Positions 16,972 through 24,411 of a stretch of DNA of 26,292 nt are shown here, in pieces. Origin of the DNA: a virus (lineage: Duplodnaviria > Caudoviricetes); IMG/VR virus record IMGVR_UViG_3300029183_000040, positions 1 to 26,292 of that record; one strand, written 5' to 3'. Made by a program: the position numbers and the translations under genes. Under the pieces are notes generated by a model, which saw only the letters and a program-made list of their open reading frames with translations, was not told the origin of the DNA and ran no database searches. How positions within the stretch are numbered: the first letter of the stretch is position 1; each line of letters starts with the position of its first letter.

Positions 16972-17199
16972 ATGACTGCCCACCCTGGCTCCCTCTCTTG
17001 GAAGCACGACCCGAAGCGTGGATACGCCCTGTTCCACTGCGTTGAGCCGCGTGCGACTGTGGTAGAACTGCCACAGTACAACCGTAAAGGGCATCTCAGC
17101 TGGCGCGCATGGTGGAGCACGTGGGGAGACCTCGACTTGGCTTGCAGAAGAGCTAGATTGAGCTTGACTAAGGGTGGGCGCGTTGATAGTATGAGATGA
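16972..17199 (+). CDS. Hypothetical protein
   Basis: AAGGA RBS; 75-aa ORF followed by a terminator. Confidence 0.55.
   Translation: MTAHPGSLSWKHDPKRGYALFHCVEPRATVVELPQYNRKGHLSWRAWWSTWGDLDLACRRARLSLTKGGRVDSMR
17164..17192 (+). promoter_or_regulatory. Sigma70-like promoter just upstream of a terminator
   Basis: TTGACT-17 bp-TAGTAT. Confidence 0.6.
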
Positions 17200-17257
17200 C
17201 TACTCGGCGTTGACCCCTTTGACCCCGGCTTACTTCGGTTAGCCGGGGTTTTTCTTT
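17198..17257 (+). ncRNA. Candidate small RNA, about 60 nt
   Basis: Bracketed by the 17164 promoter and the 17221 terminator; no ORF inside. Confidence 0.4.
17221..17257 (+). terminator. Rho-independent terminator
   Basis: GACCCCGGCT/AGCCGGGGTT stem, cTTCGg tetraloop and T-tract. Confidence 0.88.
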
Positions 17258-17297
17258 GTTCATTTTGCGGATTTGCGGGAATACATGTTATCGCACT

Positions 17298-17326
17298 TTG
17301 TATGACAGAACAATTTGTGCTATAGT
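17298..17326 (+). promoter_or_regulatory. Sigma70-like promoter with extended -10
   Basis: TTGTAT-17 bp-TATAGT, with TGc immediately before the -10. Confidence 0.6.
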
Positions 17327-17359
17327 GTACTGATGACGTTCGAAACCAAGGAGACTGAT

Positions 17360-17758
17360 ATGGGTAGACCAAGGAATACTGGAGAAATCCCCGCCCACAA
17401 GGTTGAGATTGACGAAGATACTGGTTGCCACAACTGGATTGGTGGACGAACGACACGAGGTTACGGACAGATGCGCGTCGCGGGCAAGACCTATTACGTC
17501 CACCGTTTGGTCTACGCCCGGGTAAATGGTCCGCTGGCCCCGTATGAGGACGTGCATCACGACTGCCGTAACCCATCGTGTGTCAACCCCGCTCACTTGC
17601 GATCACTAAGCCGCTCAGCCCACGCTCAAGAGCATTCTACGGGGCCTGGTACGCAGGATGTGTTCTGTTGCAATGGGCACGTGGCAGACTGGCGCATCAA
17701 CAACCAAGGCCGTCGTGTGTGCCGCCAGTGTAGACGTGAGAGCCAACGCCACAAGTGA
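17360..17758 (+). CDS. HNH endonuclease (HNH_3 / His-Me finger type)
   Basis: GCHNWIG, GYG, VHRLVY and VHHDCRNPSCVNPAHL; C-terminal C.NGH...CRQC; AAGGAG RBS before ATG at 17360. Confidence 0.9.
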   Translation: MGRPRNTGEIPAHKVEIDEDTGCHNWIGGRTTRGYGQMRVAGKTYYVHRLVYARVNGPLAPYEDVHHDCRNPSCVNPAHLRSLSRSAHAQEHSTGPGTQDVFCCNGHVADWRINNQGRRVCRQCRRESQRHK

Positions 17759-17931
17759 GGCGGGTTGGGCATCTGCTCGGCCCGCGAGCGAAGCGAGCCT
17801 TAGACCCCCGCCCCCGGGGGTCGAATTATGTGCGAAGCGCATTAAACCACTGGGGTACCCCGGCGAAGGCCCCACCCCCGGTTTGCATGAGGAGGGGCCC
17901 CGCTGGATACATTCCATATTTTGGATATTAT

Positions 17932-17967
17932 AATAAAGTGGACTTTATTTAGGTTCCCTAGTAATAT
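17932..17967 (+). promoter_or_regulatory. Promoter overlapped by a palindrome
   Basis: TGGACT-17 bp-TAATAT; AATAAAGT-gg-ACTTTATT covers the -35. Confidence 0.5.
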
Positions 17968-17991
17968 AGGAGTTTGCATAAGGAGGTTGAT

Positions 17992-18180
17992 ATGAAATAC
18001 ATCTTGGTCGTGGTTTTCCTAATGTCGGATGGTGGTATGCGGGAGATGTCATCCAGGCAGACGTTTGCGAACATAGAGGATTGTGTGTCCGCAGCCAGGG
18101 CGGTCCCTGCTAACCCCATGCCCGTTGGGGCCGAACGTCCCATCTTGTGGCAGTGCGTAGAGTACGCGACCCCCGTATAG
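17992..18180 (+). CDS. Small exported or membrane protein with two Cys
   Basis: TAAGGAGGT RBS; hydrophobic N-terminus MKYILVVVFLM; F..IEDC...WQC. Confidence 0.75.
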   Translation: MKYILVVVFLMSDGGMREMSSRQTFANIEDCVSAARAVPANPMPVGAERPILWQCVEYATPV

Positions 18181-18185
18181 CAGGG

Positions 18186-18214
18186 TTGACAGAGGACTAT
18201 CAGGGGCGTATAGT
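18186..18214 (+). promoter_or_regulatory. Near-consensus sigma70 promoter for the spike module
   Basis: TTGACA-17 bp-TATAGT. Confidence 0.78.
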
Positions 18215-18252
18215 AGTTGGTATCGACCCAGTGTCAAGCCTTGGAGAATGCT

Positions 18253-18468
18253 TTGTTCGCTAATTCAGCCGCAGTGACCCCCAGTGATAGTACGGAGCAA
18301 TCATTCTCTATGCTCTTCGTAGGCGCCACGGGTAATCTCGCCATAGAGGACGAGAAGGGCGTTCAGACTACCTTTACGAATGTGCAGGACGGCCAGCTGC
18401 TGCCAGTGTCTGGTTTCAAGGTTCTTGCGACGGCAACCACGGCCACCAACATCGTGCGTATGTGGTAG
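18253..18468 (+). CDS. Head spike base protein, RcGTA Rcc01079-like
   Basis: AVTPSD....LFVG..GNL......G...TF..V..G.LLP....VLAT.TTATNIV..W is the recalled Rcc01079-family pattern; GGAG RBS before TTG at 18253. Confidence 0.8.
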   Translation: MFANSAAVTPSDSTEQSFSMLFVGATGNLAIEDEKGVQTTFTNVQDGQLLPVSGFKVLATATTATNIVRMW

Positions 18469-18474
18469 AGCCTG

Positions 18475-19221
18475 ATGAGTTTAGGTTCCCGCCGTTGGCT
18501 TCTGTCTATGTGGGCCTCGCTGTTCCCCGTCGGGGGGGTGGTAGCGTTCACACCCGACATACTCTCTAATCTGACATTCTGGTTAGACGCCTCTGACGCA
18601 TCCACCCTAACCGTGGTGGACGATGTGGGCACTGATCGGGTAACTTCTTGGCGGAGCAAGGCCGGTGCCACCCGGGATATGCAGCCCCCGGCGGCCATAA
18701 ACAGGCCGGAGAGGATAACCGATGGAGTTCGGTTTGATGGCGTCGACGATTTCATTGAGCTATTGGAGAGTTCTGGTCTGGATTGGACTGATGGAACCCT
18801 TGTAGTTGTCTATAAGTCTAATGACACCTCGGTGTCCCCGCATATATTCAATGTATCGTCGGGCAGTTCCGATCGTCTAAGGTCGGGAGTGAACTTATTT
18901 GAGAACCCGACACTGTTCATAGCGTCTGCAACCGGAGACGCCCTTCCTTTTCTCAGCACAACGTCGACTAATTTGCAGACTATAGTCATGGATTGGGAAG
19001 GTGGGGTATCTGCGACGATACGGGATAGGAATGGAAATACAAGCACGGACAGCTCGTTCGGACTTCCCAGCCTTGACTATGACAAGATAACCGTAGGGCA
19101 GAGGCCTACGGGCGTTCGTTTCTCCGGGGATATTTTTGAGATTATACTATATAGTGATAGGAAAACATCCATTGATATTGATCGAATACTTCAGTACACT
19201 TTGGATAAATGGGGAAACTGA
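18475..19221 (+). CDS. LamG/ConA-like jelly-roll head-fibre/spike protein
   Basis: FWLDASDASTL..VTSWRSK..Q....RP..GVRFDGVDD and FSGDIFEIILY motifs; follows the spike base gene. Confidence 0.75.
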   Translation: MSLGSRRWLLSMWASLFPVGGVVAFTPDILSNLTFWLDASDASTLTVVDDVGTDRVTSWRSKAGATRDMQPPAAINRPERITDGVRFDGVDDFIELLESSGLDWTDGTLVVVYKSNDTSVSPHIFNVSSGSSDRLRSGVNLFENPTLFIASATGDALPFLSTTSTNLQTIVMDWEGGVSATIRDRNGNTSTDSSFGLPSLDYDKITVGQRPTGVRFSGDIFEIILYSDRKTSIDIDRILQYTLDKWGN

Positions 19222-19289
19222 GCAGCCCGCTGGGGGCGGGTTTCAGCGACGGAACGTTCTGGACGGATGCCACTGGCTGGGCGGAGTAG
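19209..19289 (+). CDS. Hidden 26-codon ORF / -1 frameshift extension of the LamG protein
   Basis: MGKLSSPLGAGFSDGTFWTDATGWAE; overlaps a G_GGA_AAC slippery site and fills the gap up to 19293. Confidence 0.6.
   Translation: MGKLSSPLGAGFSDGTFWTDATGWAE
19212..19246 (+). other. Putative -1 programmed ribosomal frameshift signal
   Basis: In-frame G GGA AAC, then TGA; hairpin AGCCCGC-tgggg-GCGGGTT starts 5 nt after the heptamer. Confidence 0.6.
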
Positions 19290-19292
19290 TGC

Positions 19293-21509
19293 ATGGTAAG
19301 TAACATAGATGCTACAAAACCCGTGGACGGTGTGCCTGCTGTGAAGCAGGATATACGGGACAATTGGACGGCCGCCAAGACAGAGGTAGAGAGCCTGCAG
19401 GGTGAAACAGCTTCCATATCGACACCGCTTGGCACGCCCTCGGTGTTCCCTTTAGGCGCTCTCCGGGCAGTTAATCAGGGCCTGTCACCTTTCCACTTCA
19501 CCCCCGACCCCACTTTCATAGGGCGAGGAGCGGCGAAGCGTTTGAGCACCGAATATGCTACAGTTGCGGATGCTCAGATGGCGTTCCCCCTGGTGGCGTC
19601 GGACTTAGCGGGGCAGGATCTGTCCGACATTACGTTTGACGAGGTGGCGTTGCAATCCATGAGCGAGGCCGCACAGCAGAACGGCAATGGCGTCCCTCTG
19701 CAGCAAGTACCATCCGGCATATTCGATGTAAGAACATGGAAAGTGGTCCGGGGGGATGCCTTCAGGACTGCGGAAGTCCGGGGAGCCGGTCGAGGCAAGG
19801 GGTCGGATCTGGCCGGCACGTGTATACGATCCTACGTTGGTGACAGACCTTGCGTATCCATACAGGGCGCTCGCCATGTGAAATTCGGGGGGCTCACTCT
19901 GCAGGGGATTAACACTGCAGGGTCCTACTCCTCCGGGAAACTAGCCGCTAAAGATCCCTCCTTGTGGTCTCTGGGTCCCTCTACTATAAATGAGGGGAGG
20001 TATAGTCCGTACGTAGGGCTGGCCGTGGACCCCTACACTACGGACCCCGGCTCAGGGCAGGGGTACTCAAGTGATCCATATGGGAGAGGTACATCAAGCC
20101 AGGTCCACATAAGTGATGTGCATCTACAGTGGTTCTATGCGGGGTTTGGAGTAGGGTTGTCTGATGATGCGGAACTTGGTGACAGCTTAACCTTGTTCAA
20201 GGTAGATTGCAATGCAAATGCCTACGGATGCGTGTCGGGCGGGTCTCAGAATAGAATACTTAGTTATTTAGATGGGTATATGGAGGGAGGTTTCCGTTGT
20301 TTTGACAATACAACATTCGGTCGTGGAGCAGGAAACGCTTTTCAGGTAAGTAATCTTGTTATGGTTCTATTTTATGAGTTATTCAACTATTCTGACACTG
20401 ATCCAATAACTTTTGACAGTGCTCATCTAGAGCAGTTCGTCAGGTTGGGGACCTATATCGGGGGCGTGCAGAAGTTCCCGTTTACTATGCGAAATAGTCA
20501 TGTGAAATTTTGGGGCAGTTTGGACGACAGTGTGCATCGTCCCGCGTCTCACATGCTCAACAAGGGGGGCAGGGCTGTGTTCTCTGCAACCCGGTTTGAT
20601 ACTGTGACAAGCGCCGCTACGTCGTTCCCTGGGCTTTTTAATTTCATAGGGCGTGGGGCGGCCGACTACGTATTTACTGAAAGCTGTACTTTCTTCCAAA
20701 ATGCTATACAGCCTAACAGGTGTCGTATCGGGTACAGTCGATTGGATGAGAACCCGGTGAAGCATGACGGAACCGTGTTCTCCAGCGGGCTGTCCGCTGA
20801 CAATTCCCAGGTAGCGGTGCGCCAGGGCGGTCTGGACGATGTTGTCAATGTATCGAGCATTGCTAATCAGGGCATGAATTTGCCGGCCCGTATTGGTGCC
20901 AGTGTCCGAACTCACACCGTTCACATCCGGGGGGCAGGAACTTTTCGGTACGAGCCCGGCTCTGTGGTCCCCGGCATCTCGGTACCGGGGGTTACTAACC
21001 CGTCCATCACTGATCAGACCTATGACGTGGGCGGCACATCGTATGACTATCGGCGTCTGCAGTTTGACACAACTGACGCGGCCATGTTTCAGCTGAATGA
21101 CATCCTGGCCGCCAGGCATCTGGAGGACAGCCCTACCGAGACGATGATAGGGTATGTCGAGAATATAAGTGGCAGCACCGTCGACGTGTTTCTGACCGTC
21201 GACGACGCGGAGTTGGTCAGCCCTGTAACAGCCCTTCAGTTGGTTGTTCATTCGGAATGGGCCCCGAGAACATCCCCCCAGGGGGTGTGCAGCACCTCGT
21301 TAGATACAGTTACATTTTCCACAGACATATCCGACACGATATACCCCGGGGACCACATTCAGGGCTCTGCCGGTACGTGGACGAACTTCCGGGTTGTGTC
21401 TGTGGCTGGTGACGGGTTGTCGCTTGTTTTGAATAAGAACGCCCCGGTCACCGGGGTTGTCGATTTATACTGGGGTCGGCTTCACGAGCTTACGGGGACG
21501 GCACAATAG
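19293..21509 (+). CDS. Tailspike/fibre with probable beta-helix (pectin-lyase-like) depolymerase domain
   Basis: Anchor-like N-terminus (SNIDATKP...RDNW.AAK.EV..LQ), VPSG.F and VRGAG entry to a beta-helix, Gly/Ser/Asn-rich beta pattern; GGAG RBS. Confidence 0.75.
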   Translation: MVSNIDATKPVDGVPAVKQDIRDNWTAAKTEVESLQGETASISTPLGTPSVFPLGALRAVNQGLSPFHFTPDPTFIGRGAAKRLSTEYATVADAQMAFPLVASDLAGQDLSDITFDEVALQSMSEAAQQNGNGVPLQQVPSGIFDVRTWKVVRGDAFRTAEVRGAGRGKGSDLAGTCIRSYVGDRPCVSIQGARHVKFGGLTLQGINTAGSYSSGKLAAKDPSLWSLGPSTINEGRYSPYVGLAVDPYTTDPGSGQGYSSDPYGRGTSSQVHISDVHLQWFYAGFGVGLSDDAELGDSLTLFKVDCNANAYGCVSGGSQNRILSYLDGYMEGGFRCFDNTTFGRGAGNAFQVSNLVMVLFYELFNYSDTDPITFDSAHLEQFVRLGTYIGGVQKFPFTMRNSHVKFWGSLDDSVHRPASHMLNKGGRAVFSATRFDTVTSAATSFPGLFNFIGRGAADYVFTESCTFFQNAIQPNRCRIGYSRLDENPVKHDGTVFSSGLSADNSQVAVRQGGLDDVVNVSSIANQGMNLPARIGASVRTHTVHIRGAGTFRYEPGSVVPGISVPGVTNPSITDQTYDVGGTSYDYRRLQFDTTDAAMFQLNDILAARHLEDSPTETMIGYVENISGSTVDVFLTVDDAELVSPVTALQLVVHSEWAPRTSPQGVCSTSLDTVTFSTDISDTIYPGDHIQGSAGTWTNFRVVSVAGDGLSLVLNKNAPVTGVVDLYWGRLHELTGTAQ

Positions 21510-21797
21510 ATGACCAGGACCGTTGGCGCGTATAACAAGACCGGCACCTATGCGAACGGCAGTCAGCTATTTTGCAAGCGTGGCCATGCTGTCATTGGTG
21601 ACAACGCGGCACCTAGGAAGCAGAAGACCAAAGATGGCCGCTGGAGGTACAGCGTTCTATGCGTGATATGTCGACGGGCGAACTGGAGGGCCTATCATTC
21701 CCAGGGCTCGGCCGCCATCGCGCGTATGATCAATAAAGAGCGGGACAGTCGTCCACAGATAACGGCCTTGGATATCGCTAAGAGGAGAGCCCGGTGA
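21510..21797 (+). CDS. Small basic protein resembling the HNH-associated C-terminal Cys/His domain
   Basis: FCKRGH....N.......CVICRR; no HNH catalytic core. Confidence 0.6.
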   Translation: MTRTVGAYNKTGTYANGSQLFCKRGHAVIGDNAAPRKQKTKDGRWRYSVLCVICRRANWRAYHSQGSAAIARMINKERDSRPQITALDIAKRRAR

Positions 21798-21828
21798 GCG
21801 ATATTAATCTCTCGGAGGACGTAGGACG

Positions 21829-23283
21829 ATGAGCTTTATCGGGTCGATCGATAAGATTGCTAAGGCTACGGCGGCTAATACGGAGGCGGCCGAGCTGAAC
21901 CCCGACCCCAGGGCGATGACAGGGTTCGAGCCCCACCTACTGCAGGCGATGGTTCTCCCCACCTTGCGCAGGTTCAATGTAGGCGTGTACCATCGGCGCT
22001 TCGGTAAGACTGTCATGATGGTCAACAAGCTTATTGAGCACGCGTTGCATTGCCCTTTCACGAATGGCAGGTATGCGTACCTAGCGCCGACATACTCACA
22101 GGCCGAGGATGTGGCTTGGATGTACCTTGACCAGTACACGGAGGGTATCCCGGGCCGAAAGGTGGAGCTCGCAAAGTTGGCTATCACGATCCCGACGTAC
22201 CAGGGCGGGGAGGCTCGTATAAGGCTATATGGGGTCGACAGTCCGAAGCAGCGTCTACGGGGGTTGTACCTCGACGGGGTGGTGTTGGATGAGTACCCAT
22301 GGATGCCTTTGTCTGTGTGGACAGACCAGGTACGCCCCATGCTGTCCGACAAACAGAGATCCGGGGCTGACGCCCTCGGCAGGCGCAATCAATGGGCGGA
22401 CTTCATCTTCACCCCCTTTGGTCGCAACCACGCCTACACGATGTACAAGAATGCGAAGATCTGGCAAGAGGGGGGTACGGTTGCTGTTGATGATGGGGAC
22501 GGCAACGAGATCGCTATAGGCCAGGACGACTGGACGGCGACCCTCATGCCGGTGTCGGAAACCCAGCTCATTGATGCCGAAGAGTTGCGCGCCGTGCGTG
22601 CCACCGCCGGGCGGTCGAAGTACGAGAGGGAGTATGAGTGCTCTTTTGATGCGGACATCGAAGGGGCCATCTTCGGCAAAGAGATGAGGTGGCTGCACCG
22701 CAAGGGCCGGCTCAAGTCCTACCCCGTAATCCCCGGCATCCCTGTGAATACCGCATGGGACCTTGGCTGGGACGATCACACATCCATCGTCTTTTTCCAG
22801 GTGGTCAACCCGGAGGACATTCGGATCGTCGACCACTATAGCAAAGGGTTTGCGTCTCTATCTCATTATGCGGATGTCATGGTTGAAAAAAACTATATGT
22901 ACGGGTACAATATATTCCCTCATGATGTGGAGGTCACAGAGCTTGGCACGGGCAAGAGCCGGAGAGCCATACTCCAGAGCCTGGGCGTTCGGGTGTCGAC
23001 CATACCGGGCAAGGCCTCCCTGTCGAAGCAGGATATGATCCACGCAGCGCAGGCTTTGCTGCCTTATTGCCGGTTCAACTCCGAAAACTGCGAGGCGTTG
23101 GTTGACAATCTGTCCCTATATAGGCGAAACTTCAATGAGACGACACAGACCTACGGCCTGGAGCCTGCGAAGGGCCCCCAGAACCATGACGCCGATGCGC
23201 TCCAAATGTTGGCTCTCGGTTTACGGGTGTCCGGGTCGGACCTCGAGCAGGCGCAGTCCTCCGGCGGGAGAGCTATACGATGA
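21829..23283 (+). CDS. terL: Terminase large subunit
   Basis: HRRFGKT (Walker A), YLAPT, LRGLYLDGVVLDE (Walker B), FTPFG.N, EYECSF, nuclease WDLG..D, PHD and HDADA; GGAGG RBS. Confidence 0.95.
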   Translation: MSFIGSIDKIAKATAANTEAAELNPDPRAMTGFEPHLLQAMVLPTLRRFNVGVYHRRFGKTVMMVNKLIEHALHCPFTNGRYAYLAPTYSQAEDVAWMYLDQYTEGIPGRKVELAKLAITIPTYQGGEARIRLYGVDSPKQRLRGLYLDGVVLDEYPWMPLSVWTDQVRPMLSDKQRSGADALGRRNQWADFIFTPFGRNHAYTMYKNAKIWQEGGTVAVDDGDGNEIAIGQDDWTATLMPVSETQLIDAEELRAVRATAGRSKYEREYECSFDADIEGAIFGKEMRWLHRKGRLKSYPVIPGIPVNTAWDLGWDDHTSIVFFQVVNPEDIRIVDHYSKGFASLSHYADVMVEKNYMYGYNIFPHDVEVTELGTGKSRRAILQSLGVRVSTIPGKASLSKQDMIHAAQALLPYCRFNSENCEALVDNLSLYRRNFNETTQTYGLEPAKGPQNHDADALQMLALGLRVSGSDLEQAQSSGGRAIR

Positions 23284-23816
23284 GCAAAAAGTCAAAAGGA
23301 TCACGCTCCACTAAGCTGAGGCTGGCCCACAGCGGGGAGCCTAGGAAGGAGACGCCAGGGGTGCGCCGTAAGGGGGGCGTTGAACCACCTCAGAGCTTGC
23401 AGGACCTTTGCGAGCAGAGCATACCGGTGTCCGCCACGGTCCGCCGCCCGCTAACTCCAGGAGAGCTGTCGATTATAAGGAAGATCTTCGGGCCCAGAGC
23501 CCCGATCCCGAAAGGAGTGGCGGTATCCCCGGTCAACGCGGTGCGGGCCGAGTTGGACCCGGAACAGCCCAATGGAGTGTGGGCTGACATCCTGTTGAAG
23601 CCCAATACGACCTCGGCGGAGATGATCCATGAGTATGCCCATTGGTTGGCCTTCTGGGTTTTAGGCCCTAGAGCATTGGACCTTCCGAAAAGTGTGCACG
23701 AGGAGTGGTCCGGCAAGGTGGTTGAAATGCACAAGTATGGGCAGTGGTTCTTGACAGGGCATAGAGATGCATGTCGGGTGCACTTTTTATCTGCTTTGGC
23801 CCCTGATCGTGCTTGA
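23280..23816 (+). CDS. Hypothetical protein with HExxH zinc-metallopeptidase-like motif
   Basis: MIHEYAHW followed by HEEW; ATGA coupling to terL. Confidence 0.6.
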   Translation: MSKKSKGSRSTKLRLAHSGEPRKETPGVRRKGGVEPPQSLQDLCEQSIPVSATVRRPLTPGELSIIRKIFGPRAPIPKGVAVSPVNAVRAELDPEQPNGVWADILLKPNTTSAEMIHEYAHWLAFWVLGPRALDLPKSVHEEWSGKVVEMHKYGQWFLTGHRDACRVHFLSALAPDRA

Positions 23817-24073
23817 TGCCCGCGCCGGTTCCGCCCGACAAAGAACTCCGGAGCGTCGCATACGGTATGCCACCGGGTTCCTTGGCATGGCCCCTATGGA
23901 CCAGATTGACAATCCGGACAGCGAAGTGTTTGTGCCCCTGGAGGATCGAACCGAGAAAGAGAAGGCGAGGTTCTTCAATAGAGCAAGCCGCAAGCAGAAT
24001 GAAAGACTTGTTATATGGGATTGATTGGGGTATGATTGTCCGGTGGACCTCTTGGTCACGGAGATATGCATGA
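23816..24073 (+). CDS. Hypothetical protein
   Basis: Coupled at both ends (TGATG at 23814-23818, ATGA at 24070-24073); an alternative frame ends at 24024. Confidence 0.45.
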   Translation: MPAPVPPDKELRSVAYGMPPGSLAWPLWTRLTIRTAKCLCPWRIEPRKRRRGSSIEQAASRMKDLLYGIDWGMIVRWTSWSRRYA

Positions 24074-24411
24074 GCGTTAGGAAGGCAATTGAGTCTGTGG
24101 CCAGAGTTGCGAAGAGGGCGGCCAAGTCTGTTGTCAAAGACCCCATCGGCTCGGCCGTGGGTTTTGCTACACTCGGCGGGGTCGGATCGGCCGCGTCTCT
24201 GCTTGGCGATGCGGCTACACCAAGGCCAGGGCCTGCCCCGGAGGCCGCAGTAACAAGGTCGCAGCCTGAAGATGTTGACGCTGTGGAAAGGGAAGCATCG
24301 GGCGCAGTCGATGATGAGACGCGTCAGCGGCGGGGCAGGGCGTCTACGCAGGTTGTTAGAAGCTTGCTCGGCCCGTCCGGGTCTGGCCGCCGAACTCTAC
24401 TGGGGGTATAG
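24070..24411 (+). CDS. Small virion protein preceding the portal
   Basis: GGAG RBS; C-terminal RRGRAST...RTLLG pattern typical of the pre-portal gene of BPP-1/T7-like podoviruses. Confidence 0.75.
   Translation: MSVRKAIESVARVAKRAAKSVVKDPIGSAVGFATLGGVGSAASLLGDAATPRPGPAPEAAVTRSQPEDVDAVEREASGAVDDETRQRRGRASTQVVRSLLGPSGSGRRTLLGV

Noticed and set aside
17755-17952. 65-aa ORF after the HNH gene
   Set aside because: It runs through GC-run and palindromic sequence with no RBS or recognisable protein features.
20427-22836. Minus-strand ORFs (20427-21251, 21804-22388, 22255-22836)
   Set aside because: Antisense to the spike and terL genes; no motifs or RBS support.
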